DNA of 64,000 nt, taken from assembly GCF_009914755.1 (NCBI RefSeq), contig NC_060926.1. The stretch is one strand, 5' to 3'. This document shows, one piece after another, positions 1-13,200 of this stretch. Under the pieces are notes generated by a model. That model was not told where the DNA came from. It saw only the letters and a list, made by a program, of their open reading frames with translations, and did not search any database. Source of the DNA: the human T2T-CHM13v2.0 reference genome, Homo sapiens. The position numbers were made by a program, and so were the translations under genes. How positions within the stretch are numbered: the first letter of the stretch is position 1; every line of letters starts with the position of its first letter.

Positions 1-459
1 CAAAGCCTTCTTACTGTATCCCTGCATTCAGCCTATCTTTCTAAAGGGGAAACTATTAAGGAATACATATGAACCTGGAAAAACAGTGCCTCTGGAAAAA
101 AATCTACATAATAAAATAATGAGTATTTATTTGAGGATGATAGAAGAACTGATTGTCCCATTAAAGGACAAATTCTGTAGGGAAGGGTATTACAGAAACA
201 TTTTGCATCACAGCTAAATCAAAGCATTAAAGAAACTAAGATCTGGTTTTGCTTTCATTCCTCCCAGCCGCTGCATATTTCTATAATCTTGAACTTGCCT
301 AATTTAAATATGATTTTGATTATATCTGCTGAGATACTGACACACAGGGCTCTAACACAGTGTTGATGCTGATAAATCATATTAAGGCCGTGCAGTATGA
401 CTCCGCATGTTAAGCTGTCCTGTAACAACAGTCACTGCTTTACCTAGTATCTATAGTGG

Positions 460-750
460 TTATTCACTCATTCATCCATTTATTCAAAAATTATATTAAT
501 CATCTACTATGTGCCAACTAATTGGCTAGGTACTAGAAACACCACAGCAAATGGGACGATGTTCTTGACCTCAGGAAGCTAATAGGAGAAAGTGAATTAC
601 AGAGAAGGCTACAGGATTTGGTGGTAGTAAGTCCAACATGCTGTAAGCACACTGAGGAAGGAAACTTAATCCAGTCTCAGGAGTCTGAAAGGGGTTCTGG
701 GAGGAAGTCACTTTTCAGCAAAATCCTGAATGTAAATACAATTTCCATGG
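460..750 (-). mobile_element. L2 LINE 3' fragment
   Basis: TTCACTCATTCATCCATTTATTCAA...CTACTATGTGCC matches the reverse complement of the L2 3' end. Confidence 0.6.
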
Positions 751-842
751 CTGAAAGTTGGGTAGAAGAAAAATAAAAATAAGACACTTGATCTTAGCTA
801 AAAGTCTGAGAATAAATGAAAAATAAAAATAATAAAAGGAAA

Positions 843-1165
843 CTTTTATTGATGCTTTATTATGTCCCAGACTGTGCAAAGCACTTAACAAGCATTATTT
901 TACTTAATTGTCCTCATAGTCGTAGGAGGTACATACTATTCCAATGGATGAAAAAAGAGAGTCAGAAGACAGTGAGAGATTCCTAATTAGAATCACTCAA
1001 CAACAAAATGAGCAGCTTTTAGAAATAGTGAGTTTCCACTTTTTGTAAGTAGTCAGACTGTGGTTAAATAACTCAGAACCAAAATAGATTGAAACGCTGA
1101 GTAGGGGATCGCACTTCATCGGATGTTTCTAAGGGCTCTTCCAACCCTGAAATATTCTGATATTG
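843..1165. mobile_element. MIR fragment (minus) followed by MIR3/CR1-like 3' tail
   Basis: TTTATTGATGCTTTATTATGTCCCAGACTGTG is MIR-like; CTAAGGGCTCTTCCAACCCTGAAATATTCTG is CR1/MIR3 tail-like. Confidence 0.45.
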
Positions 1166-1370
1166 AAAATGTATCCTAGAAGATTTATATAGCAGGACAT
1201 TTATTATGATAATATACTTGGATGATGACTAATATTGTTATAATGTGCTAAGATCTGATTAATCTGAGTAATAATAACATGTTTTGGCAACAAAATAAGA
1301 ATGCAGAATGTCTAAACATTTGTTATATCAACCAATAAATTTCTATCTCCTGAGGACAGAGGATTGTAAT

Positions 1371-1632
1371 GATTTTGACCCAGGGAGCCCATATGGTTAT
1401 AATGAGCTCCTATTCATTATGTATATATTCAGAAAAAATATTTATTGATCGATAGCACAATCATTTGGATTTTAATAGTAGCAATAATAATAGCAATAAT
1501 GTCCTATATTCAGTTGTCCAAACTTGTCACAGCAGTAAGATTTTCATGTTTCTTTTTCTCTTATCATATACTCACTAAACATTAAACTAAATTCAAGGGT
1601 CAAGTCTAAATTCTCCATATTAAAAATCCAAG
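1371..1632 (+). repeat. Direct repeat copy 1 (262 bp) flanking the HERV-L fragment
   Basis: Aligns to 4267-4530 with about 21 substitutions and one 2-bp indel (hand count). Confidence 0.95.
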
Positions 1633-2180
1633 TGTATTAATCAGGGTTCTCTAGAGGGACAAGACTAATAGGATAGATGTATATATGAAGGGGAGTTTAC
1701 TAGGAGACTTGACTCACACAATCATGAGGTTTACACCCACAATAGGCCGTCTGCAAGCTGAGTAGCAAGGAAGCTAGTCCCAGTCCCAAAACCTCAAAAG
1801 CAGAGAAACCTCTACAGTGCAAACTTCAGTCTTTGGCTGAAGGCCTGAGAGCCCCTGGCAAACCCCTGGTGTGAATCCAAGAGTCCAAAAGCTGAAGAAC
1901 TTGGAGTCTGATGTTTGAGGTCAGGAAGCATGCAGCACAGGAGAAAGATGGAGGCCAGAAGACTCAGCCAGTCTCGTCGTTCCATGTTCTTCTGCCTGCT
2001 TTTATTCTGGCCGCACTGGTAGCTGATTAGATTGTGCCCACCTGGATTGAGGGTGAGTCTGCCTTTCCCAGTCCACTGACTCAAGTGTTAATCTTTGGCA
2101 ACATCCTCACAGACACACCCAGGAACAATGTTTTGCATCCTTCAATTCAATCAAATTTACACTCAGTATTAACCATCACA
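1633..2180 (-). mobile_element. MLT2A (probably MLT2A2) LTR, 3' LTR of HERV-L
   Basis: TGTATTAATCAGGGTTCTCTAGAGGGAC...GTATTAACCATCACA with TG..CA termini, 548 bp, directly adjoining ERVL internal sequence. Confidence 0.9.
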
Positions 2181-2673
2181 AGCCCACCTCCTGTCAACCT
2201 GAACCCATGCACATCTCCTGAAATCATACATAATCTTCAAATAAAGACAATAATGTCATAATTATGCCTAATGTAATACAGCCATCCTTCGTACAACCAG
2301 AAACACACCAATCGCCAACCCAAATGCTATTACATAAAGTTAACAACACATAAATGCTGATAGGAAGTCAATATATCTTATGTCACATGATAAAGAAAAA
2401 AGAAAGAAAATAAAATGAAGGTATTTTCTTAGTACAAGTGTATATATGCACAAACATTCTTAACAAAATAAGGAGGAAATACTCCTGACAATTACCGTCC
2501 TTGTTTCTGCAACTGGTCATGTGGTCGTAGCTGGTATTGATGATTACCTTCTTCTACTACCCATTCTGTATTTCCTTTACCTCAGCAGGTCATTTTTTTT
2601 AACGTGGTGAAGTGCCCCAAACCTTTATTTCTGAAGGGTCTGGGTGATTTGTAGTTCTGCCTGGATTGGGCTG

Positions 2674-2990
2674 TTATAGTTTCCCATTGATCTTAATCAC
2701 AGGGCATGGTAATACTAAGAGATGCCCTAATGGATCTCCTGTATTCCACACATACTCTTCCTTATCTCCATTGTGGAGTAGTAGATTGATTTCATCTTGA
2801 TATTGCAGGTCAATCACCCCAGCCAACATTGTAACTCCCTTCTTCGCCTGTTTTCTTAGAGGCAGGAGGAGCCCAAAGTGTCCAGGTGGCAATCTTAACT
2901 TCCAGTTTAATAGAATTGTTGTGTCCCGGGTGGCAGCATTCCTCCGCCTGGAACTAAGACCTCTAGGCCAGCAGGACGTAATTTCATGGG
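2674..2990 (-). pseudogene. HERV-L dUTPase remnant
   Basis: LRPAGLEVLVPGGGMLPPG and PPGHFGLLLP...AGVIDLQYQDEI...GDPLGHLLVLP; frameshifted near 2910-2920. Confidence 0.85.
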
Positions 2991-4266
2991 AACAGGAAGC
3001 AAAAATCTTGCTAGTGGATCACTAGGGGTGATGGTGAGTGGTGACACTTCCACTTCCACCCCTTGATTCCTGGACCTGTGAATCCTGGCTATGGGAGAAA
3101 TAGTACCATATATTGGACACAGATTCAGAGCATACACAGCCTTCTGAAGAAGTTTGCCTCAGCCCTGCAAAGTATCATCACCTGGTTGGCGTTGTAATTA
3201 TGACTTCAAAAGGCTATTCTGCCATTCTATCAATCCAGCTGCTTCAGGATAATGGGGAACATGGTAAGACCAGTGAATTCCATAAGCACGAGCCCACTGC
3301 TACACTTCTTTAGCCATAAAGTGAGTGCCTTGGACAGAGACAATGCTGTGTGGAATACCATGATGGTGGATAAAGCATTCTGTCAGTCCACGGATGGTAG
3401 TCTTGGCAGAAGCATTGCGTGCAGGATAGGCAAACCCATATGCGGAGTAAGTGTCTATTCCAGTGAGAACAAACCTCTGCCCGTTCCATGTTGGAAGAGA
3501 TCCAATATAATCAACCCTCCACCAAGTAGCTGGCTGATCACCCCAAGAAATGATGCAGTATCGAGGGCTGGGTGTTGAACTCTCCTGCTGGCAAACTGGG
3601 GACTCAGCAGTGGCATAGCCAGGTCAGCCTTGGTGAGTGGAAGTCTGTGTTGCTGAGACCATGAATAACTTTCATCACTGCCACAATGGCCACTTTGTTC
3701 ATGGGCCCATTGAGCAGTGACAGGGGTGGCTTGGGAAGGATCCTGAGTGGTGTCCATAGAATGAGTCTTTCTGTCCAGTTGATTATTAAAATCCTCCTCT
3801 GCTGAGGCCATGTGTTGGTGAGGACTCACATGAGATACAAATATCCTCTCAGTTTTTGACCATTCAGAGAAGTCCATCCACATACGTCTTCCCCAGATTT
3901 CTTTGTCACCAATTTTCCAACCATGCTTCTTCCAAGGCCCTGACCACCCAGCCAAACCATTGGCTACAGCCTGTGAATCAGTATATAATCACACATCTAG
4001 CCACTTCTCTTTCCAGGCAAAGTGCACAACCAGGTACACCACTTGAAGTTCTGCCCACTGGGAAGATTTCCCTTCACCACTGTCCTTCAAGGATGTCCTA
4101 GAAAGGGGCTGTAGTGTGGCGGCTGTCCATTTTCGGGTGATGCCTGCATATTGTGCAGAGCGCCCTGTAAACCAGGCCCTTGTCTTCTCTTCCTCTGTCA
4201 ACTGATTATAGGGAACTCCCCATGAGGCCATCAGTGCAGTTGGTGGGAGAGAAGGCAGGGTGGCAG
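2991..4266 (-). pseudogene. HERV-L pol remnant (RNase H + integrase)
   Basis: ORFs 3989-4288, 3455-3955 and 2907-3137 are consecutive pol fragments; the WFTDGS motif reads WFTGRS; multiple frameshifts and stops. Confidence 0.85.
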
Positions 4267-4530
4267 GATTTTGACCCATGGAGTCCATATAGTAATAATG
4301 AGCTCCTACTCATTATGCATGTATTCAGAAAAAATATGTTTATTGATTGATAGCACAATCATTTGGATTTTAATGGTAGCTGTAATAATAGCAATAATGT
4401 CCTATATTCAGTTGTTCAAACTTGTCACAACAGTAAGATTTTCATGTTTCTCTTTCTCTTGTCATAAACACACTAAACATTAAACTGAATTAAAGGGTCA
4501 AGTCTAAATTCTCCATATTTAAAACCCAAG
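4267..4530 (+). repeat. Direct repeat copy 2 flanking the HERV-L fragment
   Basis: Matches 1371-1632 at about 92%. Confidence 0.95.
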
Positions 4531-5374
4531 AAATTAACAACATATATACCATTATTAAGACATTTACATTTATTTATCATAAAACTTTAACTATAGGGTG
4601 CTAAATTATAGATTGTATTTATAAGAAAGGGCCTAGATTTTCTATATAAAGCTGTTTATTTCTTGCTTTTACCTGAGAGGGAGAATATGACTGGGTGACT
4701 TTAAAATTTCTATGTTCAGGGATTAAAGAAGATTTATAGAAAAGTTTGGGAACTGAAATACGTGTGCACAGAACGAAGGAAAGTTGACTATGTATTTTTA
4801 AGCCAAAACTAAAAAATAAACCAACTTTAAAATATAAAAATTGAAAACTTTAAAGAAAATCTTATGGTCACAATAAGGCTAAGTTGAGTATGAATCTCTT
4901 TCAGTCTTAATTAAGAGGCAGCTGTCGGACTCTGTCATTTATTCTATGGTTTACTGAAACCCTTAATTGACCAGGTTGCATATTTTGGAAGAGGGAAGGT
5001 AGAACTTCTCAAGATCTCTTCTGCCGTATTTCCTCTATTCAGAGATGAGAAGGTTTTTTCATATGTTAATAACTCTGAAATTGGAGTGCTTATTATAACT
5101 GATATTATTAGAAAATATTGTGTCATTATATAATTGGTAGCATTTTTATTAGTGGTACACAAAACATGTACAGAATTCATACATGGCATTATAGATGTGC
5201 TCAAGTATATTATATCCTATAATCCTGACTTCTACTTTACTTATCTAGTTTACTTTGATTTATCTTTCATTTCAAATAAAAATATTCTCTTGTATCTTAT
5301 CTCTTCCCTTTCACATTTGCATTCTATTTCTATATGTTACCTTCAAATGGCTTTCCCTTTTTCTAAGTGTTTGC

Positions 5375-5765
5375 TGTAGCAGGAATGGACCGCTGGCCAT
5401 TAGGGGTCCACACTCCTCTCCCCAAGTGTGCAGGTGTTTCTGAGAAGCAGCTTCCCAGCCAAGGACTGCCTGCTTAGAGATGAGCCCGTGTGACTAGGTT
5501 TGGCCAACGGGGTTTGAGGAGAAGGTGGGTTACACCCTGCTGTAAGGGATTACCAGGTGAGAATGGCTCCATCCTACCTTTGTCTTTCTGAGACCATGGG
5601 TTAGCAGAACCAACGTGCAAAAGTGGCCTGGACACATGAATTAGTGCATAGAAGGCCACCTGTCAAACACCTGCATTGCATTGTTACAAGAAGCAAACAT
5701 TCATTGCAATTTTGTTGAACCACTTTGATTTGGGTGGGGGGTTGTTACCACAGCCCAACTCTTCT
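5375..5765 (+). mobile_element. Old MaLR LTR (MLT1H/I/J-like)
   Basis: CTTCCCAGCC..TGTGACTAGGTTTGGCCAA and terminal GTTGTTACCACAGC motifs. Confidence 0.5.
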
Positions 5766-5999
5766 AGAAGAAAGGAGATGCTAGGATCCTTTTGGTTTTT
5801 TACCATAAGGTAATTTTATAGGGTACTTTCAATGTATATTATAAATTCCTTCTTTTTGGGTAACTATACATCTAGTTATCTGTTACACCAAGGTTCTGAT
5901 ACCCACTCTGGACTTTATTGCCCCCTGTAACCATGAGTCTGCAATCATAAATTAATTAGCTCATTCTGTTTCTCCAAATTCCTCTACATCCTGATGATA

Positions 6000-7218
6000 T
6001 TCAACAAGTGCCTACACAATACTTCAATTTCTATCTGAAACAGTAGTCTGTAGATATGACTATTTCTCCCCACCCCCCAATTTCACCACATCTATCTTTT
6101 TCTTTTTAGCTTAACTCGCTTGGTTTATCCCCCAACAACTCTCTTTATCAATATATTCAACATTTGGCTCCTTATCCCATCCCGCACTCCTGGAAAATAT
6201 TGAACCCGGATACATCTCACCGGCTCCCTCTTCATGACTGCACTTGGGCATTGAGAGCTCCGGAGAATGACCCATGATCACGTCCAGGGGCCTGTGGACA
6301 TGAGAAGCAACAGCCCTCCTCTTGCCATCAGACATGCAAGTAGCTTTCGACATGTCAACAGCCCAGTCTCTGGGCAGTCCAGTGTGTCTGCCTCGAACAT
6401 TCTCCTTCTCTTTTTCTTCCTCCTCTCTTCCCCATCCCATCAGTCACCAGAGAACCTCACCAATCACTGAGCAAAGTTAACCAGTGTGAATGCTTCCCAT
6501 TTTCTGCACAAATTCTACAAATGTGAAGCTCTTGAAACTCAATCTTACTCCATTCTCACCTAATTTACTGGGAGAGGCGTTCCCAGACATGTGTCCAGCT
6601 GGTGCCTCTGCCTGCCTCTTTTGGCCTGTGTCCCACCTTCTCAGACACTACACTTTCTCCAGTGTCCTTTGTGATTCAAATCTTCAGTTGCCTCCTCTAA
6701 TGACTTTGTCTCACCTGCTCTCAAACTGATACATTTTTTTTCCATATTAAAGTTAAACTCGGGTTACTGCCTTCTGTCAATTTTTTTTTATCTCTCCTCC
6801 TACACCCACAAACCCCAGATTCTAGCTGTGGCCATTCATATTCTTTCAAAATCCGGACTCTTGACCTCCAGGTCGTGGCATTTGTTTCTTGAATCTCTGA
6901 CTGTTTTCCTTGATTGTTAACATGTCCACAGCATTCCACTTCGCATTCAGGGCGCGACTCAAATGTCACTTTCCACAGAAGTTTTTCTGGCTTTTTCTGG
7001 AGGGGGCCCCAAGTATAGTGGATATGTCTGACCACAGCACCTGTTCCTTCATTTCCCACTTTATTGTCATTTCTTCCTTAATTGTGTTTTCCCTTCTCAA
7101 TTATATGGTACAAGAAGGCAGGAATAAGTTCCATTTTGCTATTCCCAAAGCAGAGCAAGGTATCTGGTACGGATAGACCTTCGACAGCTGTGTGTTATAT
7201 TAAGGAATTAATGATTAA
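6000..7218 (+). mobile_element. Degraded L2 LINE fragments
   Basis: Pyrimidine-rich L2-like blocks (CTCAAATGTCACTTT, GAAGGCAGGAA) ending in a degenerate TGAA-type tail. Confidence 0.5.
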
Positions 7219-8104
7219 GTTTGGCTGCTTTTCCAGGATATGTTGTTTCTTATGTTAGAGAGAATCTCATACTCTTCAGCTCCACCCAAAGTGTATTTTG
7301 GAAACTGAAGAATGTGAAAACAGTCAGCCATAATTATGCACCAGCCTCATTGCTTCTGGAGAGATAAAGTGTTCAAGGTCTGAGGCCCACTTCACAATGC
7401 CATTATAATTTGCCAAAGAGTATAGGAACAGCAGGATTTTGTGGTATCACAGACTCTGTTCTTATTCTTTGGAAAGGGGAAGTTCTTATTCAGTGTATTC
7501 ATTTTTACCTTGTCTGCAACGCTTGATCAGATGAGTGCAGACACACTGCAAATACAAAGATGTATAACACACTTACAGCTTTTTCTCTCTGCAAGTTAGA
7601 GATGCTCCATTTGGTTCCCACTCTTCTAAAATTTGTTTGCGCATCTCTCTGTAACTCAGTTAAGAGAGTACCATCATCAGACCAACTGTGAGGGGACTCT
7701 GAGTGCCCTGTTATTGAGCCTCATTCTGTCTGAGTCCAGAGGCTTCTCACGAGCAGTTTCACTGTCTGTGACCTGAAGGAACAGATAAGCAGAATGTACC
7801 TCTGTTTGTTTCTTTCATATTTACAGATGAGTCTGATAACAAGTGTTTAGTATGACAGTGGTTCAAGTGAATTGTGAAGACAATGTATGATGACTCTACA
7901 TAATGAAAAAAATAAGTATAAGGAGAGAGAATTTATTTACATGTTATGCATAAGTAAATATAAGTTGTTACATATAGGACAATGCTTCTATGTTCAGATG
8001 TGTATATTTAAACCAACAGACACCTGTATATAGTGCTTAACATGGCACCTGGAACATACATGTCACATTAATATTTGCTATCTCCATCAATATTAAGCCC
8101 TAGC

Positions 8105-9490
8105 AAACGAATACACTTACTCATAGATTAGGAAATTCAATATGGTTAAAATATCAATTTTCACTTAATGATCTATTGATTCAATGCAAATGAGATTAAA
8201 ATCCCAAATGATTGTAGTGGAAATAGATAAGCAAATTCTAGAATTTGTATTGAAAATTCAAAACAGCTCATTGTAGATAGGACAAAATGGAGGACTTTAC
8301 TTAAATTCACCACTTACTAAAAAGCTACTACTATCAAGACAATTTTAAGTTAAAAAGATGTATAGACTAGTAGAACAAAAAAAGAGAGTCTATAAATAAA
8401 ACCATTTATATGTGGCTAATTGATTTTCAACAAAGGGGGAAAAAGATTTAAATGGATAATGGGTAGATTTTTCAATAAATGGAGTTGAAAAATGAGATAT
8501 TCATATGAAAATAAATAATCCTTACCTCTAACCCTATGGTATACATAGAAAATTGAAACAAAATGAATCACTCCATTAAATGGAAAAGTAAAAATTGTAA
8601 TACTTCTGGAGAAAATATAAAAAAAAACTTTAATCACTGGGGTTTGGCAAAATTTGATAGCTAAGACACAATAAGCAATTCCCATTAGAGAAAAAATGAT
8701 AAAGCACATCTCATCAAAAGGTAAAATTTCTGCCTTTAAAAAGACACCTTAGAAAAATGAAAAGACAAGCCATATAGTGGCAGGAAATAACAGCAATGCA
8801 TGTTTGACAAAGGACTTATATCCAGAATATGTAGCATAGAAAACCCTTACAAGTCAATATAAGGAGACAAACAACCCAATTAAAAATATTAAACAGGCAC
8901 GAATTCATATACTAAAAAGGTGTATGAATCATCAATAAACACATGAATAACTGGTAGACATCATGAATCATTAAGGAAATTTAAATTAAAATCACAATGA
9001 AATATAGCTACATAGTCACATAAATAGCTAAAATGTCAATAAGACTGATAGTACCAAGTGTTATATGAACCAATGGATCTGTCATTCACTATTGAATTAA
9101 ATTGGTAATAAAATTATTAGCATCACTTTGGAAACTAACAGCAATTTCTCATAAAGTTAATCAGAAACTTACTACATGATGCAACAGTTTCATTCCTAGG
9201 TATTTACACACAAGAAATGAAAATGCGTATCCACAAAAAGACATGCACACAAATGTTCCTAATGGCTTTATTCACTACAGTCTACAGTGTCAGTGGTGTG
9301 CTGGGAGATGGGTGGGTTCTGGGTGAGAATTGATGGAAAGAGTACAAGGAAAATTGTTGACGTGGTGGAAGCATTGTCTATCTTGATCGTGATTGTTGTA
9401 TGCACCCATGAAACTTACTTAACTGTATACTTAAAATATGTTTTATTGATTGCAAATTATGCCTCAGTATGTCTGATTAATTAAAAAACT
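8105..9490 (+). mobile_element. Old L1M (ORF2 3' end and 3' UTR)
   Basis: A-rich; TTGATTTTCAACAAAGG, ACAAAGGACTTATATCCAGAATAT and TTCCTAGGTATTTAC are L1 ORF2 C-terminal landmarks. Confidence 0.85.
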
Positions 9491-11039
9491 CCTTGATCCA
9501 CGCTTTTCACATCCTCACTAATAAGAATGATTTATTTCACACTTATGGCTGACCTGGCAGTGGTTTTGTATTCTATTTAGCAGTTAAGTAATTTTTTATT
9601 TTTAAAATTGGTTGATTTATTGATGTTCCCTCATTTAGATAAAAACTTCTGGACACTTAGAGCTACTGCATTTATTGTTGTATCTTCAGTGCTCAGTAAA
9701 ATGACTGGCCCAGGGTGGATCCTACATAACGGCATGTTGAATTGAATAGAGGTACATCAGTATTTGTTGAGCTGTTAAAATGGGATAGATCCTATCTCGG
9801 ACGGGCAAGCTATGAGAAAAGATGGCTAGCCACGCAGTCTAGAGTCAGATCCATAGTTCTTTTTTATGGTTGGCAGAACTTCTCTGACCAGCAGCAGGAA
9901 GTTGGCAGGGAGCACTCTGTGAGGAGCCAGAAGGCCCAGTTTGTTGAGGTCTGCAATGTATCAGGATGATGACCAGGTGAGACTGTGGCCTGAAAATCTG
10001 GCATAGAAAGGACCAGAGAAGTCATATCATGCTAGAAGTTAGAACAGGAAATAAAATGACTAGTTCCTTACTACAAATCAGGAATGACCTCAGTGATTTA
10101 CAGCCACATCTCATATGCCCTCACATCATCTCTGCCATAAGTACAGACTAGCAGGAACCGTGACCAGTCTTGTAAGGAGAGACACAGGTTGAGTAGCAGT
10201 TGAGAGGTGGTCTGAGTTTTGGGAGTCCTCCCAAAGCCTGCAAGCAGATTGTCTTTGGCCCAAGCTGAATCCAAGTGAACAAAAATTTCAAAGCCAGAGC
10301 CATTGGCTGTCTAGAAGCAGCACAGAGGGGTGTACTCAGAGGCCTAGTTATACTACTGGTGTTTTCTGGGCCAACCCATGGGTCCTTACCAGAGGTAATG
10401 AGCAAGAAGAAAGCTAGGCATCGGTGATTATCAAGATTGCTGTAAATCTGTTCCATGTTTTTAACCTCTGTGGCACAGAGGGCTGTGCTTATGACATTGA
10501 TCCTGCATTTTGTTCCCCTCTCAGGAGAGTCATGATAAGATAATGATACACATGTCAACTGGTGTGTGTGAAACTGGCAATCAGATGATTAAACTTGGGA
10601 GTGTCTTTGGGAAATTCTCAAAATACTACCATGGGTTGACTGAGCTCTGCCAATTCTACCTCCTCAAGGCTCATCTTCCATCTGTCCCTTCTCTCCCAAC
10701 CCCCGGTGCCAGCACCCTTGTATGGGTCTTCAGTCCTGACTTTGTTACTGCAGGTGCCTCATTACTGGCCTTGCTCTAATGTGATGCTTTTTCATCCATT
10801 TTCAGTTAATTTGAAGTAATTTACTCAAAGCCTAAAACTGACTGAGAGTCTGCCCTGATTAATAATCTCAGTTGGTTTTCTGGTAGACGTCCATAGGAAA
10901 AGTTCTAACTGTTGGGTCACAGGAACATTTTGCAACATGGCTCCAAGTTAGTTTCTCAAGCGCCTTACACTCTTACCATTTGGCGTCCCTCCCACTTGGA
11001 GTCAATCAATCCTTGTCTCCCTGCTTCTCTCTCTCACTC

Positions 11040-12380
11040 TCTCATTTTAATCATTTTAGGGTGTACAGTTCAGTGCCATTGATTATACTCACATTGTTTT
11101 GCAAGCATCACCACCATGTATCTCCAGAACTCTTTCATCTTCCCCAAGTGAAACTCTATACCCATTAAACAATGGCTTCCCAACCTCCCTTACCCCCAGC
11201 TCCTGGCAACCATGATTCTGGTTTCTTTCTCAGAGATTTTGACAACTCTAGGTACACCACATGAGTGGAATCACTCACTATTTGTCCTTTTGTGTCTGCT
11301 TATTTCACTGAACCTAATGTCTTCAAGGTTGATCTGTGCTCTCGCATGTGCCAGAATTTCCTTTCTTTTTAAGGATGGATAACATTCTATTGTCTTTATA
11401 CATTTTGTTTGTCTATGTATCAGTGTGTGGACATTTAGTTTATTTTTACCTTTTGATTAATAGAAAAAAATCTGCTATAAACATTGATATACAAATATCT
11501 GTTAAGAGTCCCTGCTTCTAAGTTTTTTAGGTTATATACCCAGAAGTAGAATTGTTAGATCATATGGTAAATCAATATTTAACTTTTTGAGAAATCACCA
11601 ACATGTTTTTCAAACTAACTTTACATTTTACATTCCCACCAACAATTAACAAGGGTTCCGATTTCTCTATATTTTTGCTAGCACTTATTATTTTCTTTCT
11701 CTTCTATTTGTTTTTGTATATTTCCTACTTCACCAAATGGATGTAAAGTAATATCTTATTGTGGTTTTGATTTGCATTTTTAAATCCTTAGTGATATTGA
11801 ACATCTTTTCATGTGCTTATTGGTAATTTGTATATCTTTTTTGGAGAAAAATCTATTCAATACATTTGCCCTTTGCCCTGTTTTTAATCATATTTTGTTG
11901 TTGTTGTTGAGGAGTTCTTTGTATATTTTGAATTTTAATTCCATTTACAGATATAGTTTTTTTCAGAATTCTTTTCCCCATTCTCTGGGTTGCCTTTTCA
12001 CTTGGTTGATAGTGAACCTTGATGCACAAAAGTTAATTTACGTGAAGTCCAATTTATCTATTTTTTTCTTTTGTTACCTATGTTTTTGGCATTATATTCA
12101 ATAAATCATTGCCAAATCCAGTATCATGAAGCTTTTTTCTATATTCTCTTCTAAAATTTTTCTAGTTTTCATTCTTATGTTTAAGTCTTTGATCCTTTTT
12201 GAGCTCATTTTTGCATATGGTGTAAGGTAAGGGTCCAACTTCATTCGTTTGCATGTGGATATCCAGTTTTGCCAATATCATTTGTTGAAAAGACTGTTCT
12301 TTCCCCAAAGGTAAAGGTCATGGCACACCCTTGTCAAGAGTCATTTAACCATATATGTGAGGATTTATTTCTGGGTTTCA
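11040..12380 (-). mobile_element. L1MB-like LINE 3' portion
   Basis: CTCCAGAACTCTTTCATCTTCCC, ATACCCAGAAGTAGAATTG and GTGGATATCCAGTTT..TTTGTTGAAAAGACT. Confidence 0.88.
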
Positions 12381-12580
12381 CTCTTTTTGAATCTAATGCT
12401 TCCTCATCCTATAATATTTAAGTAAATGTCACATTTTCTATAAAATGTTCTCTAGTTCTCTTGTTTAGGGTCATTTGATATCCCTTGAATTATGATTTTC
12501 TTAAATGTTGAATATAGGTCTTTTTGTCTATTCAGTGTCTTTACCTTGAGGGCTAAGAATGTGTTTTATGTTTAGCCATC

Positions 12581-13047
12581 TGTGATGTTTAATTTTAGAT
12601 GTCAATCTAGATGATTGGGGTAAGGGTTACCCATATAGCTGGCAAAGCATTATTCTCGGTTATGTGTGAGGATGTTTCTGGAAGAGGTTAACATTGGAAT
12701 TGGTGGACTGGGTAAAGAAGGTCAGCCTTCACCACTGTGAATGGGTATCCTCTAATCTGTTGAAGGCCCAGATAGAACACAAAGAAGGAGGAAGGGAGAA
12801 TTTGCTGTTGTCTCTTCTGGAGCTGGTACATTTATCTTCTTTTACCTTCAGACATCAGAGTTTTAGACTCCTGGAATTAGACCAGTCACCTTCCAATTTC
12901 TCAGGCCCTTGGCCTTGAACAGAATTACACTGTCAGCTTCCGTGGTTCTCCTGCTTGCAGACTGCTTATCATGAGACTTCTCAGCCTCTATAATTGCATG
13001 AGCCAATTCCCCTAACAGATCACCTCTGTCTATCTATTCTATTCCAT

Positions 13048-13092
<45 letters not shown>

Positions 13093-13117
13093 GTATCATC
13101 TATCTGTCTATCTATCC

Positions 13118-13160
<43 letters not shown>

Positions 13161-13200
13161 ATCTATCTGTCTGTTTATGTATCATCTATCTTTCATCTTT
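12581..13200 (+). mobile_element. MLT2 (C/D-like) solo LTR
   Basis: Starts TGTGATGTTTAATTTTAGATGTCAA; contains GGTTCTCCTGCTTGCAGA and CATGAGCCAATTCC. Confidence 0.8.
13025..13190 (+). repeat. Compound (TCTA)n tetranucleotide STR
   Basis: (TCTA)11 at 13048-13091 and (TCTA)10 at 13119-13158, with TCTG/TCCA/TCA interruptions. Confidence 0.97.

Larger units (their letters stand above)
2181..4266 (-). mobile_element. HERV-L internal region, 3' part (RNase H, integrase, dUTPase; no env)
   Basis: Broken ORFs carry LTEEEKTRAWFT..SAQYAG and KSSQWAEL (RNase H), WAHEQSGH (integrase HHCC) and PPGHFGLL..GVID..Y (dUTPase); pol-dUTPase-LTR order is typical of ERVL. Confidence 0.93.
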
